Source of the DNA: Verrucomicrobiales bacterium
Lineage (GTDB): Bacteria; Verrucomicrobiota; Verrucomicrobiia; Verrucomicrobiales; DEV007
Assembly: GCA_029212615.1 (NCBI GenBank)
Contig: JARGPJ010000007.1
Coordinates: 70,354-134,353, forward strand
Length of the DNA: 64,000 nt
Direction of reading: 5' to 3'
Shown: positions 1 to 11,800 of the stretch, in pieces
How positions within the stretch are numbered: the first letter of the stretch is position 1
Layout of the letters: every line of letters starts with the position of its first letter
Made by a program: the position numbers and the translations under genes
The notes under the pieces: model-generated
What the model was told of the DNA's origin: nothing
The model's input: the letters and a program-made list of their open reading frames with translations, nothing else
Databases searched by the model: none

Positions 1-245
1 CCCGAATGATCGGGCCGGGGGTCGCGAGTTCACCGGAAGCAGCAGAGGCCCTGCTCCGGGGGCAGCTTGACCGTTTTCGAGATGAAACGGTCGTCTTTCT
101 TGTCCCGGGTTCCTGCCGCGAACTTATCGAAGCAGCCTACGGATGGGGGGCGCGAAATATTGAGATTCACTTCACCCAGGTAAGGGGTGAGGCGCAACCT
201 GTTGCCGGGATTGTCATCCCTGCTTTCCTGCCGGAGTCGGCTTAA
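1..245 (+). CDS. C-terminal fragment of a probable GNAT-family acetyltransferase (5' end outside window)
   Basis: Frame is open from the window edge to TAA at 243-245. 'IGPGVASSPEAAEALL...VVFLVP' resembles the second (YitH-like) domain of two-domain GNAT proteins. Only ~80 aa are visible. Confidence 0.4.
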   Translation, partial: RMIGPGVASSPEAAEALLRGQLDRFRDETVVFLVPGSCRELIEAAYGWGARNIEIHFTQVRGEAQPVAGIVIPAFLPESA

Positions 246-255
246 AGGTCCTGAG

Positions 256-861
256 CTATTGTCCGCTGAGCTTCTTTGCGAGAGACTGACTCTCCGCGCT
301 GAGCTTGTCGAGGGCGTAGGGGATCTCCTGTCCGTTCTCCATCTTGATGACGACGTTGGAGCCGTCGAGCCGGATAAAGGAAGCCTTGATCGTGTTCCCT
401 TCGAAATTGGTCCAGCTGTGAACTTCGTTGGTCATGGCAGGCTCGGCAGGTGCCGCTTCAGTGGCCTTGACTTCCCCGGCTTCGAATTTGGCGCCGAGAG
501 CAATCCATTGTTTCACGAGATTCAGTTCCACTGCCGTCATTGGCTCCGCTCCACGGGCGCGGGCCGGGGGCGGGGGCATTGCGTCGCCATCTTCCCGGGG
601 GAGGCCGGCTTTGATTGCGAGGAGGCTGGTCGCTGCGTCGCCGGGAATAATGACGGGATCGTTGCCACCGATGCGGTCCGCGAAATTGTCCTCAGAATCC
701 ATGCGTAACTTCCCTTTAGCACGAGGTCCGCTGTGGCATTTGAAGCACTTGTCATTCAGGATCGGGCGTATCTCTTCCTGATAGTCAATGGCGCTGCCTG
801 TCTCCGGCAGACAGAAAGTGGCAAAGCCAAGGCCCAGAATAGAAAAGATCGATTTGTTCAT
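256..861 (-). CDS. Secreted planctomycete-type monoheme cytochrome c domain fused to a C-terminal SHD1-like domain
   Basis: Signal peptide, then 'IDYQEEIRPILNDKCFKCHSG' (CxxCH), 'MPP' and 'WIALGA' typical of the PSCyt1 domain. An Ala/Pro/Glu linker leads to 'HSWTNFEGNTIKASF...YALDKLSAESQ', resembling SHD1. Confidence 0.75.
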   Translation of the reverse strand: MNKSIFSILGLGFATFCLPETGSAIDYQEEIRPILNDKCFKCHSGPRAKGKLRMDSEDNFADRIGGNDPVIIPGDAATSLLAIKAGLPREDGDAMPPPPARARGAEPMTAVELNLVKQWIALGAKFEAGEVKATEAAPAEPAMTNEVHSWTNFEGNTIKASFIRLDGSNVVIKMENGQEIPYALDKLSAESQSLAKKLSGQ

Positions 862-986
862 GACGCTTTAATAGATCCCGGATGATAACAAAGCTGCGTA
901 GCGAGTCAATCTCCTGCCGCAGATGCGCCGAATTCACACGGGTTTTTTCTTTGCGGATTTAGAGAGGGGAAGGTAAACCGAAGGTC

Positions 987-2552
987 ATGCAATTTTTCAG
1001 CCGTTTCGTCGTTCTCATTGTTCTCGTCGGGTTTTCATCACTCCTTCGCGCCGGGGATCAACCGAACATTCTTTTCATCTTCACGGATGATCATTGCGAG
1101 CAGGCCTTAAGCGCCTACGACGACACCCGGATCGCGACGCCGAATCTGGATCGCATTGCCAATGATGGGATGAAGTTCACGCGCTGCTATGTCACCAACG
1201 GTATTTGCGGTCCGAGCAGAGCGGTCATACAGACGGGGAAATACAGTCATCTTAACGGTTTCATTCGGAACGGAAATACGTTCGACGGTTCACAGCAAAC
1301 CTTTCCGAAATTAATGAGAGGAGCCGGCTACGAGACAGCCGTGATTGGGAAATGGCATTTAAAGTCGACTCCGCAGGGATTTGACTATTTCGACGTTCTT
1401 GTCGGTCAGGGGCCGTATTATAACCCGCCGATGATTCATGGTGGGATTGAAGCCAAAGGAACCCAGCGTAGCCACACCGGCTATACGACTGACATCATTA
1501 AGGACAAAGCGCTTGCCTGGCTCAAAGAGTCTCGGGATCCGGAGAAACCGTTCATGCTCATGTTCCAGCACAAAGCTCCGCATCGCAACTGGCAGCCCGG
1601 TCCAAAGTACCTGAACTGGCTCGACGATGTCACGATCCCCGAGCCGGAAACGCTTTTTGATGACTATTCAAACCGGGCCAGTGCTGCCGCAAACCAGACG
1701 ATGACAATCAAGGAGCACCTTACCCCCGTGGATTTGAAACTGGTCGCGCCGACAAATCTTGATCCCTACCAGCTCGAAGTTTGGAATAAGGCATATCACA
1801 AAAAGAACCTCGACTATCTTTCACGCCGCGATTCGATGACTGAAAAGGAAGTGATTCAATGGAAGTATCAGCGTTACGTGAAAGATTATCTCCGATGCGT
1901 TAAGTCCGTGGACGATTCAGTTGGTGAGGTTCTTGATTACCTCAAAGCGGAGGGACTTGAGGAGAATACCCTCGTTATCTACTCCAGTGATCAGGGGTGG
2001 TATCTCGGCGAACACGGCTGGTTTGATAAACGTTGGATGTATGAGGAGTCACTGACGACCCCCCTTCTTGCGAAATGGCCGGGCGTGATCGAGGCGGGGA
2101 CAACGAACGATTCAATTGTTTCAAATCTCGATTTTGCGGAGACCTTTCTCGATGCTGCAGGAGTGGACGTGCCCGCTGATATGCAGGGAGAGAGCCTCGT
2201 GCCTCTTTTCAAAGGGGAAACACCGGGGGATTGGAGGAGCTCTTTCTATTATCACTACTATGAGTTCCCGGGGGCACACAGCGTCGCTCGTCATTTCGGA
2301 GTGACCGACGGATCTCATAAGCTGATTCACTACTATCACCTCGATGAATGGGAACTGTTCGATCTCGAGGCTGATCCCGAGGAACTCAATTCTGTCTACG
2401 GAACTTCCGATTACGCCGGGAAAGAGGCTGAGTTGAAAGCTGAGCTGGATCGCCTGCGCGAATATTACAAGGTTCCGGAGGATCCGATGCCACAGCCCGG
2501 GGAGTTTGACCGGAAGCCCAAGGGGAAAAAGGGAAAGAAAAAGGCGGCCTGA
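987..2552 (+). CDS. Cys-type sulfatase (secreted)
   Basis: Signal peptide, 'PNILFIFTDD', catalytic 'CGPSRAVIQTG' (CxPSR), 'GKWHL', 'YSSDQG', Lys-rich tail. Confidence 0.93.
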   Translation: MQFFSRFVVLIVLVGFSSLLRAGDQPNILFIFTDDHCEQALSAYDDTRIATPNLDRIANDGMKFTRCYVTNGICGPSRAVIQTGKYSHLNGFIRNGNTFDGSQQTFPKLMRGAGYETAVIGKWHLKSTPQGFDYFDVLVGQGPYYNPPMIHGGIEAKGTQRSHTGYTTDIIKDKALAWLKESRDPEKPFMLMFQHKAPHRNWQPGPKYLNWLDDVTIPEPETLFDDYSNRASAAANQTMTIKEHLTPVDLKLVAPTNLDPYQLEVWNKAYHKKNLDYLSRRDSMTEKEVIQWKYQRYVKDYLRCVKSVDDSVGEVLDYLKAEGLEENTLVIYSSDQGWYLGEHGWFDKRWMYEESLTTPLLAKWPGVIEAGTTNDSIVSNLDFAETFLDAAGVDVPADMQGESLVPLFKGETPGDWRSSFYYHYYEFPGAHSVARHFGVTDGSHKLIHYYHLDEWELFDLEADPEELNSVYGTSDYAGKEAELKAELDRLREYYKVPEDPMPQPGEFDRKPKGKKGKKKAA

Positions 2553-2626
2553 AAAGGCAGGGCGTCTCCGTTTCTGCACCTCTTCATGAGAGGTGAGCAG
2601 GTGACTGAATTGTAACCTTCCTGTTC

Positions 2627-2657
2627 AGGGTGACACGAGTTCGTGTCACCCTTTTTT
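2627..2657 (+). terminator. Intrinsic terminator downstream of the sulfatase
   Basis: AGGGTGACACG-AGTT-CGTGTCACCCT is a perfect 11-bp stem, immediately followed by a T-run (2652-2657), 75 nt after the stop. Confidence 0.85.
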
Positions 2658-2845
2658 GTGTCTGCTAGATGCGTTTTGAGGAGTGTTATCCTCGTAACTG
2701 ATTGATAAGCAGGCATTAAATTTTGTTGCAAATAAACAAAATTAGAATGGACACAAGTCAGGGCTTTTCATTATTCTTCATCAAAATGTCCTCGGTGTCC
2801 CTGCGACACAGGGCACTTTCCCCTCCCCCAAAACCCCCTCAGATC

Positions 2846-5800
2846 ATGAATAATAGCGGTCCTCAGAAGAGGTATCTGTGCACTAAGTGGCGCAAATCCT
2901 CACGTTTTAACACTGTCATTGTTGCCTGTCTCGCGCCGGGCTTATTGTTTTTCGCGGTTCCAATTCAGGCGAATCCGAGTGGTGGAGTGGTTGTGCACGG
3001 TGATATTCATATTGGTGCCGGTTCCGGTGGAAATCTTCAGATTAATCAAAACTCGCTGAAGGCAATCATTAATTGGGATGACTTTTCCATTGATGCCGGT
3101 GAATTGACTCAATTCAACCAGTCGAGCATCAATGCGGCGGTGCTGAACCGGGTCACGGGTGGAAATCCGAGTGAAATTCACGGCGCACTCAAAGCGAATG
3201 GAAGTGTGTTTGTGATCAATCCGAATGGTATTCTCGTGGGGGCGACGGGTACTATCGATGTGCACGGTCTTGTTCTTTCAACGCTGGATGTCAGCAATGG
3301 AGAGTTTCTTGCCGGGGGGGACATGGTTTTCGAAGGAGATGGTGAAGGGGTCACAAATCTGGGGCGGATTAATGCGATTGGCGGAGATGTCTTTCTGATC
3401 GGTAAGACGGTGACAAACTCCGGATCGATCACTGCATCAGGGACGGTAGGCCTGGGAGCGGGTGAAGAGGTTCTCATTACTGCCAGCGAGACCTCTACCG
3501 GTGAGCGGATGTTTGTTCGCTCTACCGGAGCCGGGGCGAGTGGAACCGGGGTCTTGAATGACGGCACGATTCAGGGGGCTGCGATTGAACTGAAGGCCCA
3601 CGGCAATATGTATGCCCTCGCAATCAATAATAAAGGTTCGGTCAGAGCGACGGGAGCGGTTAATTCCGGCGGGCGCGTTTTTCTGAGGGGGGTCGGAGGA
3701 TCGATCAGTAACTCGGGATCGATTCGTGCCTCCAGTCCGGGGGCCGGCCGGGCTGGTCGTATTCTGATCGAGGCGGCCTACGCAAAAGTGGACGGCATGC
3801 TCCGCGCTGAAGCTGGTAAAGTTAGTATTGCCGCGACACATGCCGCGGATCTGGGTGGTTCTGTGGATGTTTCCTCTCTTTCCGGTCGAGGTGGAGCGGT
3901 GACAGTGGAGGCTCCTGATATTTCTCTTTCCGGGACTTCGTCGGTCAATGCCTCAGGCCAAACCGGCGGTGGGGTGATACAGATTGGTGGTGGTTTTCAG
4001 GGAAAGAATGCTGAAATCGAAAACGCGGAAACGCTATCGGTTGCTGCGGGATCAACGATCACTGCCGATTCCCTGGAAAGTGGAAGTGGTGGAGCGGTTA
4101 TTTTCTGGTCCGACGACGTTACCGTTTTTCAGGGGGATCTTTCCGCGCGCGGAACCACCGGGAATGGCGGATTTGCCGAGATCTCCGGCAAGAACACACT
4201 TGGTTTTCATGGTTCGGTGGACCTCGGGTCGGATTCCGGAGCTGGAGGCATGTTGCTCCTGGATCCGACGGATATCACGATTTCCGATAGTCCGGACACC
4301 ATCGGCAATGTCGACAGTGTTGCGCTTTCAAACACGCTCGATACAGGCACGGATGTGATTATCACGAGTAATTTCGGGGCTGCCGGGCCAAACGGGGACA
4401 TCACGGTGAATGATCGCGTCGAGTGGTATCAGGACTCGGCGGCGATTACGGGTGGCACGCTTTCTCTTCTCGCAATGGGGGATGTGATCATCAATGATTC
4501 GGTCAGGAGCGCGGGTGAAGGTGGGATAAATATTGTCGCGGGATGGGACGGCGAAACCGGATTGGCTAATCCTCTCACGGATCTTGATGGTGATGCGCAG
4601 AGCAACGGTGTGCTCTTTAGTATGCAGGATGTCCTCGATACAATGGTGGGAGGTGATTCTGAAGGGCTGGATGACGCGGCGGGAAATGCCGTTGGTACTG
4701 CGAGCGGCTCGATTTTTATCGGGAGTAGTGCCGCGAATGTTCAGATAAATGTGGGCTCCCGCTTCGGAGACACGCTTGTGGCGGGACACGATTTGTTCAT
4801 GCAGGGCGACACCAACACGACCGAGGCCTTTGTGCAGTTGGGGTTCACGGACAACGGGACCGAGTATCAGATATCTGCAGCGAACCGGAACGGTCATGGT
4901 GTGAATAATGGTCTCGTGAATGAGTGGTGGGGGAGTGATGGGTCAGCCACCGGTGCTGATGATGCGACCTCGACGCTCAATGTAACGGGTAAAAATTACA
5001 TTAACCTTCTTGGTGGTACGGAGTTCAGTGGAACGGGCGATGCCGCTTTCCTCGGGGCTGGCAGTGGAGCTACGGGTGACATCGTGACGCGACTCAGTGG
5101 TCGATTGGACATGAAGGCCGGTAGCACGAGGAGTTATGTTCAGATCGGACATGGCGGGAGTGCCGAGGAAGGTTTTGAGGATCGAGCACGAACCCAGCCG
5201 GAGTCATTGGCGACTCGTGACGGATTCACACTCGATACGAGAAATGCTCGTCAGTTTTTCAGCACCACTTGGAAGACGAATACTGAAGCTGATCCGTTCA
5301 ATGGCTCTGCCTACCGGGTTGATGGGGATATCACGATCGAAACGGAAGGCGATATCCTCGTCTTAGCGGCTCCCGCATTATCTGAAGATCCGAATAATGT
5401 AGCGAACGGCAATACTAATCCGGGTAATTATGCCATGATCGGTCATGGTGGATCAGAGAATCATGGTAGCTACCATGGTGATATTTCGGTAATTGCCAAT
5501 GGGGCAGTCGGAGATGGAGCTGAGGGGGCGGATGTGACCGGGTCGCGACTTGAAGGGATTGGTATTGATCTCATCGCGGGACGGGACAGTAACCGCTTTG
5601 CTCGAATCGGTCATGGATCATCAGGCGAGGGTAACCCCAGTTCAATCTACGATCAGAAGCGAAGTGGGGAAATCACGGTCAGGGCAGAGGTGGGCGCGAT
5701 CCGGATGCAGGGATACGAGGAGCCTTTAACAACCAGTCGTTCTGATCAATATTCCGGCGTTCAAATCGGCCACGGGGGGGCCTACGCTGAGGCGCCCCGA

Positions 5801-8800
5801 ACGGACGGGAATTTTACCGGTAATAGCCTGGTTCCTGATATTTCAGGCTCACAGGCCGATACCTCTTCCTGGGGTGATATTACTGTCCTGGCGAACGGAA
5901 CCTATGAGGATCCTAATGATGCCTCATCGTTGATTGGAATTGGAGTCAGGGCGGGGAATGGGCGTTATGCCTATGGTAAAATTGGTCACGGGGGAGCGAA
6001 TCAGCGGGCCTTGAGTTCCGGCGCCGAGGGGTATCAGGGGGACATCGATGTACAAGCGCCCCTTGGGGACATCGTCTTCCAGGGAGCTGCGGACAAGTAT
6101 TCATCCAATGACTTCGGCTACGGTCGGAACCACCTTCAAATTGGTCACGGTGGAACTGACGTTGATGGTGTAAAGGGAGGGCTGATCACGGTCCTGGCAG
6201 GTCAAGGCACCGGTGCGACAGATGGTGATATTTTGTTCTCTGCCGGAAAGCACTATGAGAGTTTCGCCCAAATCGGTCATGGGGGATATGCGGCGTCGGG
6301 AGGTGTAGACAGCCTTGCGAATGAAGCTGACATCAGGGTGAATGCCTATGGTGAGATTTCGTTTGTCTCGGGGGCCTCGGGGACAACAGATGCCATGTTG
6401 GTTTCCCAAGCGTATGCGAATGATTATTTTAATCGCATCACTGCGGGGACTTCGTTTCGGCTTGGCTATTATCAGGCCCAGGACCGTTATGTCATGATTG
6501 GGCACGGGGGGCGGGATGCTGATGGGGTGATTCCGAACGAGCAGGATATCGAAGTGATATCAGGAACCGGGGATGCTGATAATGCCGATGGTGATACGAC
6601 GACGGGAGGCATTACTTTTGTGAGCGGTGACCAGGACAGGGACTTTGCTCAAATTGGTCACGGTGGCTATGCTAATGGAGCAAATGATGCCGATGGATTC
6701 TCCGGTGATATCAACATCGATGCCAGAGGTGGTAGCGTCATTTTCGACGGAAGTATTGTCGGGGCCACCGACTATGAGCTCCGCACTGATGCTTCGTATG
6801 ACGGAGTGAACACCGGCATTCGAACCGTGTCTGCCCTGGAAGGTGGTGCTCGAGCTTACATTCAAATTGGTCATGGTGGCTATGTCACTCGCGGGGATCA
6901 CTCCGGTGAGATAACCATCATTTCCAACGGTTCCGTTGAAATGATTGGAGCTGTTAACAACCCGACTTTCGTTCAGAGTTATACTTCAACGGATGATTTT
7001 TCTGCGATAGAAGCGGGTATTTTGAATCCGGGGGAGAACAAATGGATTAATCTCAATCCCCGCGTGACGACCGCGACTACCCGGACGGACGGGTTTGATC
7101 TTTCTCTCGGGCCGGTAAATGTGAAACCGGGAACACTTACGATCACTCTGGACGATGGGACAGTGATCACAGATTCGCCTGATTTGGCCAGTGATGAGCT
7201 GACCAGTAACATCGTGGATGCTAGTACTGGCAAAGTGCTCGGAACGATCAATTACCAGCGCGCCCGGATTCGTTTCAATACGGATCAAGTAGGTACGGGT
7301 TCGGGAACGGTCGATTCGATGGAGTTCACTTCAATCGAAGGATATAAGCAGGAAGCATACGCCCAGATCGGGCATGGCGGATTGGACGCCGATGGACCGA
7401 ACGATGCCACTAGCGACAATCACATTCTTCCCGGGAATTCCGGTGAGATCACGATTGAAATGGTGGATGGCCTAACTCTCAGCGCGGGGGCTTTTTATCG
7501 CAGCTACGCTCAAATCGGTCATGGAGGTCTCTCCACGAAAGGGCAGCATTCCGATGACATTTCGATCACGGGTATCGGAGGAGTCAATGCCGCGGGAGGA
7601 GTTCTTGCCGTAGCCGGCAACGGTGGGCATCGGAATTATGATAGCCAGGCTTATGTCCTGATTGGTCATGGGGGGCATGAGGCGGATGGAACAAAAGAGG
7701 GGGACATCACAATTCTGGCTGGAGAGAACGGGGATGGCGTCGGTCTTCTGCTGAAAGCGGGGACAAAAGAAGACAATTCCGCGATCATTGGTCATGGTGG
7801 ATATTCTGCCCGGACCGGTGAAGCTGGTGCTGATCTTTCTGAGGGATCCGAAGGCGATATCACGATTGATGTAAGCGGCGATGTCAGTGTCATCGCCGGT
7901 GTTCTCGGAAAGACTCCGGGAACAGATCTCGCGAACAATAACCAGGACGGGCGTCTTTATGCGCAGATTGGTCACGGTGGTTACGATGCGGATACTAACC
8001 AGGATGATGTTGCTGCCGATGCGGCATCAGAAGGGCACCGGGGGGATATTTCGCTCGTGTCTTCGGCAGGCAGCGTCTTTATCGGGGCCGGCGATTTTCT
8101 CAGAGACTCAAACGCCAGTTTCGGGATTGAAGACGGTCAAGTCGCAGGAGGTCGATTAGGCTACGCAATGGTAGGTCACGGCGGCTACTCAGCGAGAGGA
8201 AACCACTATGGTGATATCACTGTACATGCAGGTTTTAACTCAGCGGGCGTGGAGACGGACACGGGTGCTGACGTTTCAGGCATCACCGTTGTCGGCGGCA
8301 TGAATACTCAGGACAACAGCAACGAGCGATTCAGTTTTGCGATGATTGGTCATGGCGGGCGAAGCTCTAATGGTAATATGGGAAGGGAAGATGACTTGAT
8401 CTCCGTGATGGCTGACGGCGATATCGAGTTTCGAGGTGGAGAAGGGCAGGAGAATTTTGTTCAGTTGGGGAACGGGGGGCGCGCTTCCCGCGGGGATCAT
8501 CAGGGGGATATCCAGGTGATTGCTTCCGGGGATATTAGCTTCACGGCTGGAGGTGCTCTCCGGGAAGGCGAGGAGCCTTTTTCCGCCGCTTATTCGGGGG
8601 TGAGCAGTCGTGGCAACTTAAGTATTGATCGCGCGGCGGATACGGATCTGGTGGCAACTCGAAGTAATGGAACGAATGAAGGGCGGGGGATTGGTGAAGT
8701 TAATCTAATCCATCGGGATGTGGTGCCGGGGACACTTCGGTTGACGACGCCTGATGGTGTCGTGGTGATCGATGAAGACGGTGACGGTAGTCTATACGTT

Positions 8801-11800
8801 GTATCGACCGGCGATTTCACTTCGGCCGATCTGGAAAAATCAGGAGTGACTGCGCTCGTGCTGCACGGCGATCCAGGGGCAACCGCGGTGGGCTCGATTG
8901 ACTATGATACCGGTGTGGTTACCTTCGATGCTGATTTTGACATAGATCCAAACTCAGCAGGTGGCGGTACCGATCCGACCTATGCAGCGCGCATTATCGC
9001 AAATTTTGACCATGCGGCTGACAGTGATCACAGTTATGCCCAGTTGGGACATGGTGGATCGGAGTCGGACAATCCGAATGGAGATGTGACTTTGGGACAC
9101 CGCGGAAGTATCAGCGTCGGTTCATTGAATGGTTCGATATCATTCTCCGGAGGGGATGGAACGGCCAGCTACACTCAACTTGGGCATGGTGGGGATTCCA
9201 GCAGGGGTTCCAACGAGGGGGATATAACGGTTCGCGCTGCGCAAAATATCGAGTTCATCGCCGGGAGCGGGATACGGGCTTCGGCGCAATTGGGACATGG
9301 GGGGTATGATGCCGATGCTGACTCGGGAGCGAACGCAGGGCATTCGGGAATTATCAAGGTTTCGGCGGGATCCGGTTCGCTCTTCACTTCTCTGGGAGTG
9401 GGGCAATTCAATGATCTCGGTGATTTCAATTTCGATAGCGTGGCAGATAGTTTCACCTTCGGGGAGACGAATGTGGATTCGGGAGATGTGCTGATTTCAG
9501 GAGGTGATGGAACTGATTCATATGGAATGCTGGGTCATGGGGGACGTGCCGCGGGTGGTGATCATGAAGGAGTGATCGCGGTATCAAGCTTCGGAGATAT
9601 ATCGCTTATCGCAGGGGGCGCTACGAGATCATATGCTCAAGTCGGGCATGGCGGACATGCTTCAGCCGGTGATCTTTCGGGTGATATCCATATCATTGCC
9701 GAAGAAGGCGATATTCTAGTGGATGCAAATGTTGGCAGTGAGGCGTATGCCTTGATCGGTCATGGTGATGACCGGGGTAACAACATCAATAACGCTGCCG
9801 GAAGTCGGGAAGGGGGGATTCAGGTTATTGGCAATACGATCACGCTTGATCGACATGGAAACCGGGCGGCCTGGATTGGTCACAGTTTCAAACGGACCGG
9901 TAACGTGAATAACACTTTTGCGGCAGCGAATGTGGATTTGACTAATGTTTTCCTGGATGGTGGCATTTTGAGTGATGTATATAAAGGCGGTGGATACCAG
10001 GTGATCGCTCTTGATGGATTCGTCGCTACCAACGATGGAGCTGCTGTGTCGAGTGATATTGTGATCACGGACGCATATCGGGACAATTTCATCACGCCAA
10101 ACATCCAGTCGGGGGATTTTGCCCTGAGTGCCGGAAACATCACGGTGGACAGTGATCTGGACAGTACGACAACCTTCGCAACAACGGCGGCTCGAAGTAA
10201 CTATTTCAGTCTCTTTGCGACAGGGAATATCGATGTGAATGAGAGCATTTTGAATCCCGGCACCGGTCACATTAATCTGATTGCAGGGGCTCAATTGGGG
10301 GCGGCGAGTGATTCGGTTCTTCTGGTCGATGCTCCTTCGATCGGTGTCGACGATTACCAGCGAATCAACCACCTCTATTGCCCGCCGACGGGAAGGCTTT
10401 CCTTCAGTGAAGTGAAGGGCGATGGCTTCACTTTTGGCGATTCGACCGGAAGGGTTCAAATCAGTGCTGCGGTGAATGACACCGCAGTCGGTGATTTTCT
10501 TGCCGTCGGTTCCCGCGACGGGGAAACCAATGTCTTTGGTCAGTCAGTGATTGTCACAGGTGGTAATCATACGGGCAACTATGCTCAAATTGGTTTCAAC
10601 AGTATTTCTGCGGAAATTGTCGGGTTTGAGGACACGACGGGAAATGCGACAGGTGATATCATGGTGGAGGCCGGCGCGGGTGGCGTCTCACTTACCGGAG
10701 GTACTATCAATGAGACCTATGCGATGATTGGTCACGGGGGCGATGATATCAATGATACTTCCGGGACCACTGACGATCCGACTCATAGCGGAATGATCTC
10801 GGTACGTGCTGATCGGGTGCTGAGCGGGAATGCCGGCGATATCACGATGACGTCGATTGGCGGAAGTCGATGGACGATGATCGGTCACGGCGGTGATAGT
10901 CTTTCCGGTGATCATTCAGGAGACATTGTGGTGATTGGTCATGATATTACGATGACTGGCGGAAATTTCGGATCACCTTCTCAAATTGGGCATGGTGGAC
11001 TGGGCGTTGAGGGGAACCTGAGTGGAGATATTTACGTTAATTTTGATCCTGACCCTGATCATGATCCGTTGACCGATGATGGCGAAGTTCGCGGTGGAAC
11101 CGGGGAAATTACCCTGAATCGCTCGGGGAATGGTACAGATTCATATCTTCAGATTGGTCATGGTGGACGTCTTTCTAACGGCTCCAAGGACGGCGAAATC
11201 TATATCGGAAAAGCGGCAGGCGTATCGGTTCTGGCCGGCGGAAGACTCGCTTCAAACAGCGCAAGAAGCTATGCTCAGATTGGGCACGGTGGTTCCGGCT
11301 CTTCGGGGGATGTGGGGAGTCTTTCCAATTCAGATATCACGATCAAGGTGGACGGTACCGCCGGCTCGGACAGTGTTGTGGTCAGCGGAGGGCTGGACCA
11401 GTTGAATTACGCGATGATCGGTCATGGCGGGGATTCGGCCACTGCCGGTGGTTCCGGATACTTTGGTGATATCAGCGTGATGGCAGATGCGGGTAATATT
11501 GTGCTGGAAGCAAACTCCGGAGCTGATAATGAGAACACACGTGCTTTTGCGATGGTCGGTCACGGAGGTTATGCCAATGGCGCGCTCAATGGGGACGCGG
11601 ATGGAGATATCACGCTGACGACAGAGGATGGCGGTCTCACGATGACAGGAGGCGCAGACGCCGGCAACAATTTTGCGCAAGTGGGCCACGGAGGATCGAA
11701 TGTCGATGCGACGAATGGTTTTACCGGGAATATCACGGTGTCGACCACTGGTGACATCAGTGCGACAGCGGGAACTGAAGATCTTGACGAAGGGGCCAGT

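Noticed and set aside
2723-2845. ORF-track start of the giant gene at TTG 2723
   Set aside because: The extra 41 aa (including a Pro-rich stretch from a C-rich tract) precede a well-formed signal peptide that starts at ATG 2846. More likely promoter/UTR. It is not an ESPR-type extended signal.
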